A stretch of 64,000 bases of DNA from Rebecca billardiae RCC1528 (Eukaryota > Protista > Haptophyta), in assembly GCA_965240325.2 (NCBI GenBank), contig OZ251240.1:496001-560000 (forward strand), written 5' to 3'. The notes under the pieces are model-generated. The model searched no databases. It was not told the origin of the DNA and was given only the letters and a program-made list of their open reading frames with translations. Positions within the stretch are counted from its first letter, which is position 1; the number at the start of each line of letters is the position of its first letter. This document shows, in pieces, positions 43,618-55,500 of the stretch. The position numbers and the translations under genes are program-made.

Positions 43618-44701
43618 AGAGGGTTATTCAGGAAAGGCCGCCGGTTATCGTGCCCCGCCAGCAGCGACCGCCCGGCCGATGGCCGCTTGAAATTAGAAAT
43701 AGCATCAACGAGCAGCGCACTTTACGCCATGGGCGCCGCTCGGTCCCGGGGGCCGCCGTGGGCCGGGCCAGTGAGACTGGGCTCAGAGAGGCCGCCTATC
43801 TTATAATATATATATATCCATATATATATATATATCGCCCCAGCATATATTGGCATAGCTACCCACCGTTGTCGTTGAGTCGTTCACCGTCCAGCGGCGA
43901 GTACGGAGTAGCCCTCGATCACGCCTCTCACCGGACAGCCTGTAAGCCACACTGTGAGCAACGCGGCAGCCATCGGATGTCGATCCTCATGCATCGCGTG
44001 CGCGCGCGGTAGTTCAAAATAGAAATGAGAGCAGCTACATGCAGGACGCAGCATCACTCATCAGCCGCTCGGCTCTTCTCTACCTGGGCCAAAGCCTTTG
44101 CGGGCAAAGCGCTGCGTGGAGTGCTACTCCAGCAGCGTCAGCACGCACACACACCTGCTATTTCGGGCGTGCAACGCCGCAGCATGTTATGCAAGCTGTC
44201 ACGTTTTACTGCCGTGCAGACCGCGCGTCGAGGACAAGGTGGCAGAGACGACAGATGACAGCATGCCGATGCATCAGCGCATGCCCTTCCAATCGGCGGT
44301 CTACGACTACTTGCCCGGCACCGCGACCACCGCCCCGCCGGACCGGATCCGGCGATGACGCCGGGACTCTGTCTGAGCGCTCACAGTAGGCGAGGTGCGT
44401 TGGGGCGACGAGCCGAGCGGCATGCCGCCACTGGCGGGAACCCACTGCTGAAGGAGTGACGAAGCCGGGGGCAGCGCAATACCGACGACCTGCTGCTTAT
44501 TATATATTTCCTGATGAACGAACCCTGCTCGTCTTTATAGTTTATTATTAGTTATATATATATAACTATAAGTCACCGCCGCCGTGCCTCCGGAGTGTCT
44601 TCATGACGCGATCGATGCCAACATACGACTATACATCATAGGCAGCATAGCACGGCAAATAACAAACTCGCGCGCATCGTCGTAGTCGCTAGCGCAGCGA
44701 G

Positions 44702-47700
44702 CTACCCGCGGAAGTGGAAGCGCACAGCCGCGAGCGCGCGCCTCACGGCCGCCTGGAGCGTCGGGGTCCACGCGTACGGCGCGAGCACCGCGAAGCATTT
44801 GCTCACGGACGCAGCGAGCGCGTGCCCGCTGCTCCCGTCCGGGCGGGGGAGCGCGGGCAGCAGCTGCGCGAGCGCAGCCACCAGGGCTTCCTGCACCACG
44901 AGCGAGCTCAGCAGCGCAAGCCCCCACGACGAGACCATCGCGAGCGTCTGCGCTTCGCCCAGCACGCGCCCGTACACGATTGCCAGCGCGCACAGGCCGC
45001 CAAAGGTGCCGAGCATGGCCGCCCACGCACACAGCGCGCGGCTGCGCTGCGCGGCCGCGCTGCGCGCGGGGCGGTTGGCCCTGCGCGCGTCGGCCGCCTT
45101 GGCGCGCGCGTACCACGCGCACAGCTCGTCGCTGCTCACCTCCAGCCGGGGCGCGGCTCGGCCCGCGAGCAGCGCGCGCAGCAGCCGCCGGAGCTCCGCT
45201 GCCGTCATCGGATCGCCCAGCTCGACGAGCAGCATCCGCAGCGAGCCCAGCTCGAGCCTGCGCCGGTTGGTCGCGTCGAAGAGCCGGACGAGCGCGCGCA
45301 GCGCGTGCGCCTCCGCGTCCGACAGCTCCGCGCTCGGCGGACGCGCGGCGTCGGGCGCGCTGTCGCGAGCGGGTGACGATGCGCCCGCGGGCGCCGCCGC
45401 GTGCCGCGTCGCGCGGGGCATGGCGAGGCGAAACGGACGGCGGCGCGGCGGCGCGGGAGGCGGGGCGGGCGGCGCCGGCGGCGCGGCGCACTCAGCGACC
45501 CGGTCCGGCGCAGCGCCCGCCACCTCCGCCGGCAGCGCCCACGACGGCTCGCGCGCCGCCCGCCGCGTCGGCGCTTCCACGGCGGCGGGCGACGCTCCGG
45601 CCGGCGCGCCGCCGATGTGAGCGGCCGGGCCTCCGCCCGCTGCCGCCGCTGGCGCGCTCGCCGGCGCGGCGCGGGCGGCGCGGGCGAGCGGCGCGGGGCG
45701 CGCCCGCGCGGGCGAGCTCGCCGCCGAGCCGACGGACGCCGCCGCCGAGACGGGCGGGGAGGCCAGCCCCCACTCGTCCGCCGTCATGCGCGTGCTCCGC
45801 AGGATGGGCGCCGCGACCGCGCGAGGCGTCTTGCGCGGCGGCGGCGACTCCGCCGCGGCCGTGGCCGCGCCGGCTGCGGCGTCCGCGTCGGCGCGCTGCG
45901 CGCACGCCGCCAGGGCTGCCAAGGCGCGAGCGCTCGGCGGCGCGGCAGGCTCGGCACGGGCAGCCCACTCGGCAGCGGTGGCCGAGGGCAGGTGCAGCTG
46001 CAGGTGCAGCTGACGGGCCGCTGCGCGCGTCTGCTGCGGCCTCGCCGCGCCGCCGTGCTCCGCTGCGCGCGCGCCCGACGCGTCTGGTGGCGCGTGAGCC
46101 GCCGCTGCTGGCGCGCACGCCGGCGCCACCGCCGCCTCCTCCGCGCGCGCTGCACCGGCCGAGGCCGCCGTCCCGCTCGCCGCCGCCTCTGCGCGCGCGC
46201 AGCAGGCCGCGTGCGACCCCGCGTGCGACCAAGGCGCTACCCCCGTCGTCGCCTCGGCCGGCGCTCCGGACACAGCCGCGGCGCGAGCGCCGCCGCCGTG
46301 CTCACTCGCGCCGGGCATCGGCGGCGGCGCGGCGGACGGCCGCGTCGGCTGCGCGCGGCGCGGGGCAGGCGGCGCCTCGGCCACGCCGCTCGCCGCGGCG
46401 GAGGGTCGCGCGCACGGCGCGGACGGGTCCGGGGCTGTCGACGGCCGGTAGCACTGGGCCGCTGCTGCCGAGGCGCCCGCACCCGCCAGGCCGGGCGCGG
46501 CGGCGCCGGCCGCGCCCTCGGCCGCGCCCTCGGCCGCCGTGCCTTCGGAGCTGGACGGCGAGGGCGGGCGCGGGCGCGGCTGGGGCGGCGCGCCCGCGGC
46601 GGGGGAGGCCGCGGCGGGGGCGGCCGCCCAGGCCGAGCGCACGCCCTCCGCCGCGCTCGCACAGCTGTCAGCCGCGCGCTCGCGCGGGGCCGTCGGCTGT
46701 GGCGGTGCCGCCGTGCCCGAGGCAAGGCCCGAGGTCCGGCGCGCGGCCGGCGTCGGGGCCACGCGCTCGCGCGCGCCTGCACTGGGCGGCTGCGTCGCCA
46801 GCGGCGCCGTCGGCGCCGCGTCGGGCGTGCTCGGCGGCGGGTGCGACGCCCAGCTCGAGCGGCGCGGCGCGGGCGGCGACGGAGGCGGTGTCTCTGGCTG
46901 GTCCGGCGCGGGCGGCGGCGCGGTGGTCCGCGCGCCCGCGCCGCCGCGCAGCGTGGTCGCGCCGCGGTGCGCCGCGCGCTTCGGCGAGCCTTCCGGCGTG
47001 GAGGCGGGGCTGGCGCTCAGCGCAGGCGGCTGGCGGTGCGGCGCAAGCTTGGCGCGCGCAGAGCGCGGCAGCGCGCCGCCACTGCGCGGCCGCGCGCGCG
47101 GCGCGCCGCTCCGCGTCCGCAGCTCGCGGCACTCGGCCTCGGCCTCGCCCTCAGAGTCGGAGTCCGCCTCCGCGCCTGCGCGCCTCGCCGCGCCGAGCTG
47201 CCCCAGCCAGCCGTCGGCGCCAACGCCCGCCGCCGCCTGCTGCAGCGGCGCGACGATGCCTCCGCCGCTGAGCGTCACGCCCGCCGAGCCCGGCCTGCGA
47301 GTGCCAGCGCCCCCTTGGCCAGCGCGCGGCGCCGATGCGGGTCGGTGCGCGCGCACGGGCGCCACGCGCCCCGCGCCGCGCCCGGCCGTCGGCTGCGCGC
47401 CGCACTCCGTCGGCTGCGCGCCGCCGCGGGGCAGCGGTATGAGCAGCGCGCCCGCGGGCGCGTCGTCGGCACCGGAGGGCGGCGCGGCGGGCGCGGCGGG
47501 CGCGCGCGCCGGTGGCGGTCCGCCGGGCCTCGGCGCGCGCGTCTGCCCGCGTGGCGAGCGACTCCGGTCCGCCTCTGCGCCGCGCTCGGAGATGTGGCCG
47601 AGGGTGGGCGCGCGGGGCGGCGGGGCGCTCCGCTGCTGGAGCGAGGACTCGACGATGGCGGAGAGCCGCGCCGCGCGCGGCCCCGCGCTCGGCGCGGCCG

Positions 47701-48194
47701 GCCGGCCGTCGAGCGTGCTCAGCGTGGCGCGCAGCGCGCGGAAGAGACGCGCCTCGGGCCGCGCGTCGTCCGCGCCCGCGCGCGCGAGCGCCCACGCTCG
47801 CCGGAAGAGCGCGAGCGCGGGCAGTGCGACCGCGGCCGCGACGCACGCGTACAGCGCGACGGTGAGCGCGCGCGCCGCGCCGCCCGGCTCCGCGCTCGCG
47901 TCGTACAGCATGCACTCGAGCGCGAGCTGCAGCGCGAGCGTGTTGAACAGCGCCTGCGCCAGCTCGGCCTTGCGCACGCCGAGCGCGGCCGGCGCGAACA
48001 GCAGCAGCAGCAGCGGGTGCTCGTCCGCGAGGCGCTGCGCGAGCAGCAGCGCGCGGCCGCGCGCCGAGCTCGCCGCCGCGTCCGCGGGCCGCCGCGAGCG
48101 CGGGCGCGAGCGCGGCTGTGCGCCAGCCTCGGCGGCAGCACGGCTCGCAGGCAGCAAAGCGGCCACCCTGGCCGCGCGCGAGAGCGGACGCGAG

Positions 48195-48226
<32 letters not shown>

Positions 48227-51200
48227 GTGGGCGGCGGGGGGCGCGAGCGGCGGCGTGGCGGGCTCGGCGGCGGGCTCAGAGGCCGGCGCCGAGTGCGCGC
48301 CGCTCTGCCCGAGCGGGTCGTCGGAGCGCGAGCGCATCTGCCGGCGCATGCGCACGCGCTCGACCGTGGAGGGCGCGTCGCGCAGCTCGGCCGCCACCAG
48401 GGGCGCCGCGCCCGCGCCCACGCCCGCGCCCTCGGCGCTGCCGCGGCGCAGGCTGGCGCTGCGGCGCGCTCCCTCGCCGGCGCTGCTCCGCGCGCGTGCG
48501 CTGGCCGTGCCGACGGCCGCCATCCCGCTCGTCTTCAGCTCCGACGCGTGCCAGCGCGCATACAGCGCCGCCCCGCGCCGGTCGGCGAGCGCGGCGCACG
48601 CGAGCGCAAGGCCGTTCGCCCCTGCGAGCAAGTAGACCAGCCTGTAGATGGTCTGGTTCTCGCGGTGGCCCTCCGCGGGGTCGGCGAGGATCTCGATGGC
48701 GTCGGCGGCGCTGAAGGTGTTCACGCGCACCGCCTCCGCGTCCGCGCGCGCCTCCGCCGCGCTCGCGGGCGGCGCAAGCCCGGCGAAGGTGGTGAGGTGG
48801 TCGCATGCGCAGTGCAGCAGCGACGGGTCGCGGCCGGGCGGCGCGGGCACGGCCGCGCAGCCGCGCGCCGACCAGCTGTCGGCCGCCGCGTCCCAGAAGC
48901 GGCACTCGGCGCGCAGCGCGTCGTCGTCGTCGACGCCGCCCTCGCCGCGCCGCAGCAGCCGCGGCAGCGCCAGCACCACCCGCTCGGACAGCCCGCGCAC
49001 GGCCAGCGCCGTCCCCGCGCCGGGCGCGTAGAGGCTGGCGGTCAGCACCGCGCTGCGGAAGGGAGCGGCGGCGCCCAGCGCGGCGAAGTCGAGGGGGCGC
49101 GCGCCGCCGAGCGCGGCGGACGAGCCGTTACCCGCGCGCAGCGCCGCGCCCACCTCGTCGGTGCGCACGCCGATCGCGCTGAGCACCACGTCCACGGTGC
49201 CGCCCGCGCCGAGAGCGCCGGCCGGCTGCGCCGACAGCGCCGCGCGCGGGATGAACACGCCGCCCGCGTCGGCCGCGAGGTCGACCCAGCCGCCGGCCTC
49301 GCCGCCCGGCGCGCCCGCCTCGCCGAGCTCGCCGAGCGTGTCCACGCGCACGCGCGCGGCCGAGAGGGCGACCGCCGTGCCGCTCAGCGCGACCGCGCGC
49401 TCGCCCGCCACCGCGCCGCCGAGCAGCGCGCGCGTGAGCGCCGTCGCCAGCTCGAGCGCTGCCACCCCGACGGCGACGGCGTCGGCGGGCGCCACGCCGC
49501 TCGTCGCGTTCGCGAGCAGCGCGGCGTCGGTCGTGCGCACGAGCGCGGCCGCGGTGAGCTCGTCCACGCCCTCGCCCGCCTCGTACGCCGCGCGCGCGAG
49601 CCCGGCCGCCTGCGCGAGCGCGTCCGCCTGCGCCGAGCCGGTGCGGTCGAGCAGCACACCGCCACGCGCGCGCGCGATCGCGTCGAGAGCGGCGGCGTGC
49701 TGCGCGCGCGCCTCCGCGCCCGCGCCGCCGCGCGCGGCCGCGTCGCGCGTGAGCGCGAGCATCGGCGCGGCGGGCGGCACCGCCGCCGCCTCGAGCGCCG
49801 CCACCGTCGAGACGAGGCGCAGCGCGCCCACCGAGTCGGCGCGGTCGACGGCGGCGCGCGCTCGCACGAGCAGCGCGTCGAGGGCCGCCGCGTCCAGCGC
49901 CGCGCGCGCGGGCGGCACGACCTCGAGCGGGGCGCTCGCGCGCGCCTCGGCGCCGGCCGCGTCCGCCACGAGCACCGCGACGCGCAGCCGGCCGGGCGGC
50001 AGCAGCACGCCGCGCAGCACCGAGCTGTCGGCGCGCGGCCCGCGCAGCACCTCGGCGGTGGCGGGTGCGGCGGCTGCAGCGGCGGCTGCAGCGGCCGCGC
50101 CCGCGTCCGCGTCCGCGTCCGGTGCGAACTCGAAGGCGAAGCTGAGCGGCAGGTCGTCCTCGCCGTCGTCCGCCCAGCCCTCCGCGCGCAGCTCCACCGC
50201 CGCGCCGAACGGCACGCGCGCCACCGCGCCGCCGCCCTCCTCCGCACGCAGCTCGAGCACGCCGCCGAACGGAGGCCGGTTGATTGCGACGCGCACCGCC
50301 GCAAGCCCGGCGCCGCGCGCCGGCGCTGCGCGCTCGGTGACGCGGAGCTCGAAGACGTACTCGGCGCCCGGCGCGAGCGCGCCGCTGCGGAAGACGAGGG
50401 CGGGCTGCGCGCCGCCCGTCGTCGTCGTCGACACCGTGTCCGCCAGCTCGAGCCCGGCGTCACCGAGCGCGCCGCCCGCCCCGACCGTGAGCGCGCGCCA
50501 CGAGTAAGCGTACGCGCGCGTGTCCGGCGCGACGGCCTCGAGGGCGAGGCGCTCGGAGGGCAGCCGCCAGGTGGGGTTGAACACGCGGTGCGGCAGCGGG
50601 TACAGCTCGACGGGCGGCGGCGCGCCGGGCAGCACCTCCACGCCCATCGCCGCGCTCGGCGCGGCACCCTCCGCTCCGCCCGCGCTCGGCGCGAGCGCGC
50701 CGGCGCGCGCCGCGACGCGCACCTCGAGCACGTACGCGCCGGGGGGCAGCGCGCCCGCGGGGAGCGTGAGCACGCCCGCGGCGGAGGCGCTCGCGTTGGG
50801 CGGCAGCGGCAGCGCCGCGCCGCCGCCGTCGCGCAGCGCCCACGCGAACGACAGCGCGGCCGCGCCGCCGCCGCCGTCCGCGTCCGCGCTGCCAGACGCA
50901 TCGGCCACCACCGGCTCGTGCGGACCAAAGGTGCGCGCGGTGGCGGCGAGCACGGCGACGGGCGGCGCGCGGCGCACGACGAGCGTCGCGCGCGCGCTCG
51001 ACGCCGCGCTCGGCTCGTCCGCCATGCTCGCCACCACCTCCACCTCGTACGCAAACCCGGCGCGCAGCGCGTGCGCCGGCAGCGACAGCGTCGCGCCGGG
51101 CGCCCACCGGCTGAGGTCTGGCAGAGGCGCGGCCGGCGCGGCGTCCCCCTCGGCGGGCGCGTCGAGCGGCGTGGCGCTGCGCACGCGCCAGAGCAGCTCG

Positions 51201-52481
51201 ACGCGCCCGCCGCGCGCGCCCTCCTCCCAGCACGGCGCCAGCTGCTCCACGCGCGCGGTGAGCGAGCGAGGCCGGTCTGCGCGCACGGCCGCGCGCGGCG
51301 CGCCCTCGATGGCCACCGTCGGGCTGGGCGCGCGCGCGCGCCGCACCTCCGCCCACGCGAGCTCGGAGGGCGCGCCGAGGAAGGAGGTGACGCGCAGCGC
51401 GACCACGTACCCTCGCGTGGACGTGGCCGCGGGCAGCCCGCCCAGCGCCGCGCTCGACGCCGACGGCGGCAGCGCGCGCATCGCCGCGTCCACCGCGGCC
51501 GCGCCGTCGCCCGACGCGGTCAGGTCGAGCCCCCATTCAAACGTGCCGGGCCGGACTCCGCCCGAACTGGACGCGGTGCCGTCGAGGCGCAGCGTCTCGT
51601 TGGCGCACGCGGAGAGCGCGGCGGGCGCGCGCAGCACGGCCACCGGCGCGGGGCACGGCTCGGCGCCGCACGGCGCGTCAGGGTCGACGACCACCGCGCT
51701 CGCCTCGTTGCCCGCGGCGGCGGCATCGTCGCACGCGCCAGCCGCCCAGTCACACACCGCGGGCCGCACCGCGCCCGCGCGCACGCCGACGCGCGAGCCG
51801 GGGGCGGCGTGCGTCGCGGCGCCGAGGCGCACGGCGAGCGTCGAGTCGTCGAGCCAGTGGCACCGCCCCTCCGCGCCCGCCTCCGCCTCCGCCTCGGCAC
51901 CGTGCACCAGCGCCAGCGTCAGCTCGTCAAGCACCGCGCCGCAGCCGCCGAGGCCGCCGCCCATCCGCGCGCGGTCGGTCGGCTGCGCGTCGAAGCGCAG
52001 CAGCAGCGCCGCGCCGGAGGCCGGGTCGAAGTGCGCGGCCTCGAGCACGGGCGCGTGCGGCCGCGCGTCGAACTCAAAGTACACCGCGTCGCCGCCGCCC
52101 GGCACGCGCGGCGCCCACTGCTGCCCGTTGAGTGACACGAACAGCTGCGCGCGCCGGGGGCCCGCGCCGTCGGCGGCGGCGCCGGCGTCGGCGCCGGCGC
52201 CGGCCGGCGCGGCGGCCGCCGGCGCGGCGGCGAAGTAGGCGGCGCGCTGCAGGAAGAAGCCCGCGCCGCCGTCCAGCGCGAGCGGAGGCTCTCCGCGCGC
52301 CGCGCCGAACGCGAAGCGCAGCCGCTCCGCGCCCAGCAGCGCGCCCTCCTCCGCGCCCGCCACCGCGACGAGCGTGCCCACGCCCGCGGCGCCGCGCGCG
52401 GGCGTGACCGCCGCCACGCGCAGCGCGCTGTCGTTGTAGAAGCGGAAGGCGCGCGCCGAGTGGGTGCGCACGAGGCCGAGC

Positions 52482-52519
<38 letters not shown>

Positions 52520-55500
52520 GCCGCCGCGCGTGAGCGCCAGCTCGAGCGCCGACGCGCCGACCGCCAGCGCGCGGCGCGTGACGCAGCGCGCGCGGCTCGT
52601 GCCGTTGAGCGGGCGGAGCAGCGTGGCGGCGGAGACGCACGCCTCGCCGTGGGCGGCGGGCAGCGCGCAGCACAGCGCGGCGCCGCCGCCCGCCGCGAGC
52701 GCCGCGCCGAGCTCGAAGCCGCGCCCGCGCAGCGTCACCACCGTGCCGCCGTCGAGTGGGCCCGAGGCCGGCTCCACGCCGAGCACTTCCACCGCGGAAG
52801 CAAAGTCGAAGATTCGGAGCGCGGGCGGTGCGAAGAGGGCCGGGACGGGCGGCGGCGCGCCGAGCCCGCCGAGCCAGAGCGCGAGCACGTACGCGCCCGC
52901 GCCGAGGGCGGTCGGCGGCGCGCACGCCGCCGCCTCGTCGTGCAGGAGCGAGCCGTTCAGAACCGCCACGGCGGGCGCCGCGCCGCTCGCGATCGCTTCG
53001 GCCGGGGTGGGCGCGCCGTCTGGGCGAGACGCCACGTGCAGGGTGCACGCGACGCCCGCCGACGCGGCCGGGTCGGACAGGAAGCCGCGGCCGCGCACGG
53101 TGAGCGCGGTGCCCCAGGCCATCGCGCTCGCGCCCTCCAGCCGCCGCCCCGCCGTGCCGAGGCCGAGGTCGTCGTCGGCCGCGCGAGGCAGCAGGGGCAG
53201 CGCGCTCGGCGTCAGCCCGAGCACGAGCGCGCGCACGAGCGGCGGCGGCGGCGGCGGCGGCGCGGACGGCGGCGCGGAGGGCGGCGAGGAGGGCGGCGAC
53301 GGCGGCGGGAATGGCTCGGCGCGCGGCGGCGGCGGCGGCAGCGGCGGCGGGCTGGGCGGAGGGCGCGGCGGCGAGGCTGGTGGCGAGCTTGGCGGCGGCG
53401 CGGGCGACGGCGGCGCGCTCGGCGGCGGAGGCGGCGGGAACGGTGGCGGCGGTGGCGCCGGCGGCGAGGGCGGCGGGAACGGCTCCGTGCGCGGAGGCGG
53501 CGGCGGGCGCGGCGGCTGGCTGGGTGGAGGGCGCGGCGGCAGCGAGGGCGGCGGCGCTGGCGGAGTCGAGGGCGGCGGCGGCGGGCTCGGCGGAGGCGAC
53601 GGCGGCGGCGGGCTCGGCGGCGGGCTCGGCGGCGGGCTCGGTGGGTGCGACGGGGGTGGCGAGGGCGGCGGGCTCGGAGGCGAGGGCGGCGGGAACGGCT
53701 CCGTGCGCGGAGGCGGCGGCGGCAACGGAGGCGGGCTCGGCGGTGGGCTCGGCGGAGGGCTCGGCGGCGGGCTGGGTGGCGGCGAGGGTGGCGGCGACGG
53801 CGGAGGAGTCGGCGGTGGGCTGGGCGGCGGCACTGGCGGCGGCACCGGTGGCGAGCGCGGCGGCGGCGAGGGTGGCGGGCTCGGCGGCGGAGACGGCGGC
53901 GGTGAAGGCGGCGGGCTCGGCGGCGACGGCGGCGGGAACGGCTCCGTGCGCGGCGGCGGCGGCGGGCGTGGCGGCGGGCTCGGCGGCGGGCTCGGCGGCG
54001 GCGAGGGCGGGGCAATGGGCGGCGGCGACGGCGGCGGCGCCGGTGGTGGCGATGGCGGCGGGCTTGGCGGGGGCGACGGTGGTGGGATCGGCGGCGCGCT
54101 CGGCGGTGGAGACGGTGGCGGGCTCGGCGGCGGCGACGGCGGCGGCGACGGCGGCGGGCTCGGAGGCGAGGGCGGCGGGAACGGCTCCGTGCGCGGCGGC
54201 GGCGGCGGCATCGGCGGTGGGCTCGGCGGCGGGCGTGGCGGCGGAGGCGGCGGAGGCGATGGCGGCGGGGTGGGCGGTGGTGACGGTGGCATCCGTGGCG
54301 GTGGTGCGGGCGGTGGGCTCGGCGGCGGCGAGGGCGGCGGCGAGGGCGGCGGCTTTGGTGGCGAGGGCGGCGGGAACGGCTCCGTGCGCGGCGGCGGCGG
54401 CGGCAGCGGTGGTGGGCTCGGCGGCGGGCTCGGCGGCGGCTCGCGAGGCGGGCTCGGCGGCGGAGATGGCGGAGGCAATGGCCCCACAGGAGGCGGCGGT
54501 GGTGGGCTCGGTGAGGGGCGCGGCGGCGGAGCAGGGGGTGGCGAGGGAGGCGGGGACGGTGGTCGGTCAGGCGGTGGCGATGGCGGTGGGCTCGGCGGTG
54601 GCGATGGCGGTGAGCTGGGAGGTGGCGATGGTGGCGGCCGCGGCGGCGGGCGCGGAGGCGGGCTGGGCGGCAAGCTCGGGGGCGGGCTTGGCGGCGGCGA
54701 GGGCGGTGGGCTGGGCGGGGGATGTGGCGGCGGGCTCGGGGGTGGCGCTGGCGGTGGACTTGGTGGCGGCGATGGTGGTGGTGATGGCGGCGGGCTCGGC
54801 GGTGGGCTCGGGGGTGGCGCTGGCGGTGGGCGGGGCGGCGGATTCGGCGGTGGCGACGGTGGCGGGCTCGGTGGTGGGCTTGGCGGAGGTGATGGCGGCG
54901 GCGATGGTGGCGGGCTCGGGGGTGGCGAGGGTGGCGGCGATGGCGGTGGCGATGGCGGCGGGCTTGGAGGCGGCGAGGGTGGCGGCGATGGCGGAGGGCT
55001 CGGCGGTGGCGACGGTGGCGGCGACGGCGGCGGACTTGGCGGCGGCGATGGCGGTGGGCTCGGCGGCGGCGATGGCGGTGGGCTTGGGGGCGGCGATGGC
55101 GGTGGACTTGGTGGCGGCGATGGTGGTGGTGATGGCGGCGGGCTCGGCGGTGGGCTCGGCGGTGGAGATGGCGGTGGACTCGGCGGTGGGCTCGGTGGCG
55201 GGCTTGGCGGCGGACTTGGCGGCGGCGATGGCGGTGGGCTCGGCGGCGGCGATGGCGGTGGGCTTGGGGGCGGCGAGGGCGGTGGGCTTGGTGGAGGCGA
55301 TGGTGGCGGGCTCGGAGGTGGGCTGGGTGGTGGCGACGGTGGCGGAGTGGGTGGTGGCGATGGCGGTGGAGACGGTGGCGGGCTCGGCGGCGGTGAAGGT
55401 GGCGGGCTTGGTGGCGGGCTTGGCGGCGGGCTTGGAGGTGGGCTCGGTGGAGGCGATGGCGGCGGGCTCGGCGGTGGGCTCGGTGGTGGGGATGGCGGCG

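Noticed and set aside
43990-44460. Short ORFs (e.g. …MPMHQRMPFQSAVYDYLPG…)
   Set aside because: No domain and no consistent gene structure.
15277-52238. Many long Arg/Ala-rich ORFs (e.g. 15393-19589, 26127-28811, 38782-40488, 45401-52135)
   Set aside because: They overlap better-supported genes on the other strand or frame, have no domains, and reflect stop-codon scarcity at very high GC.
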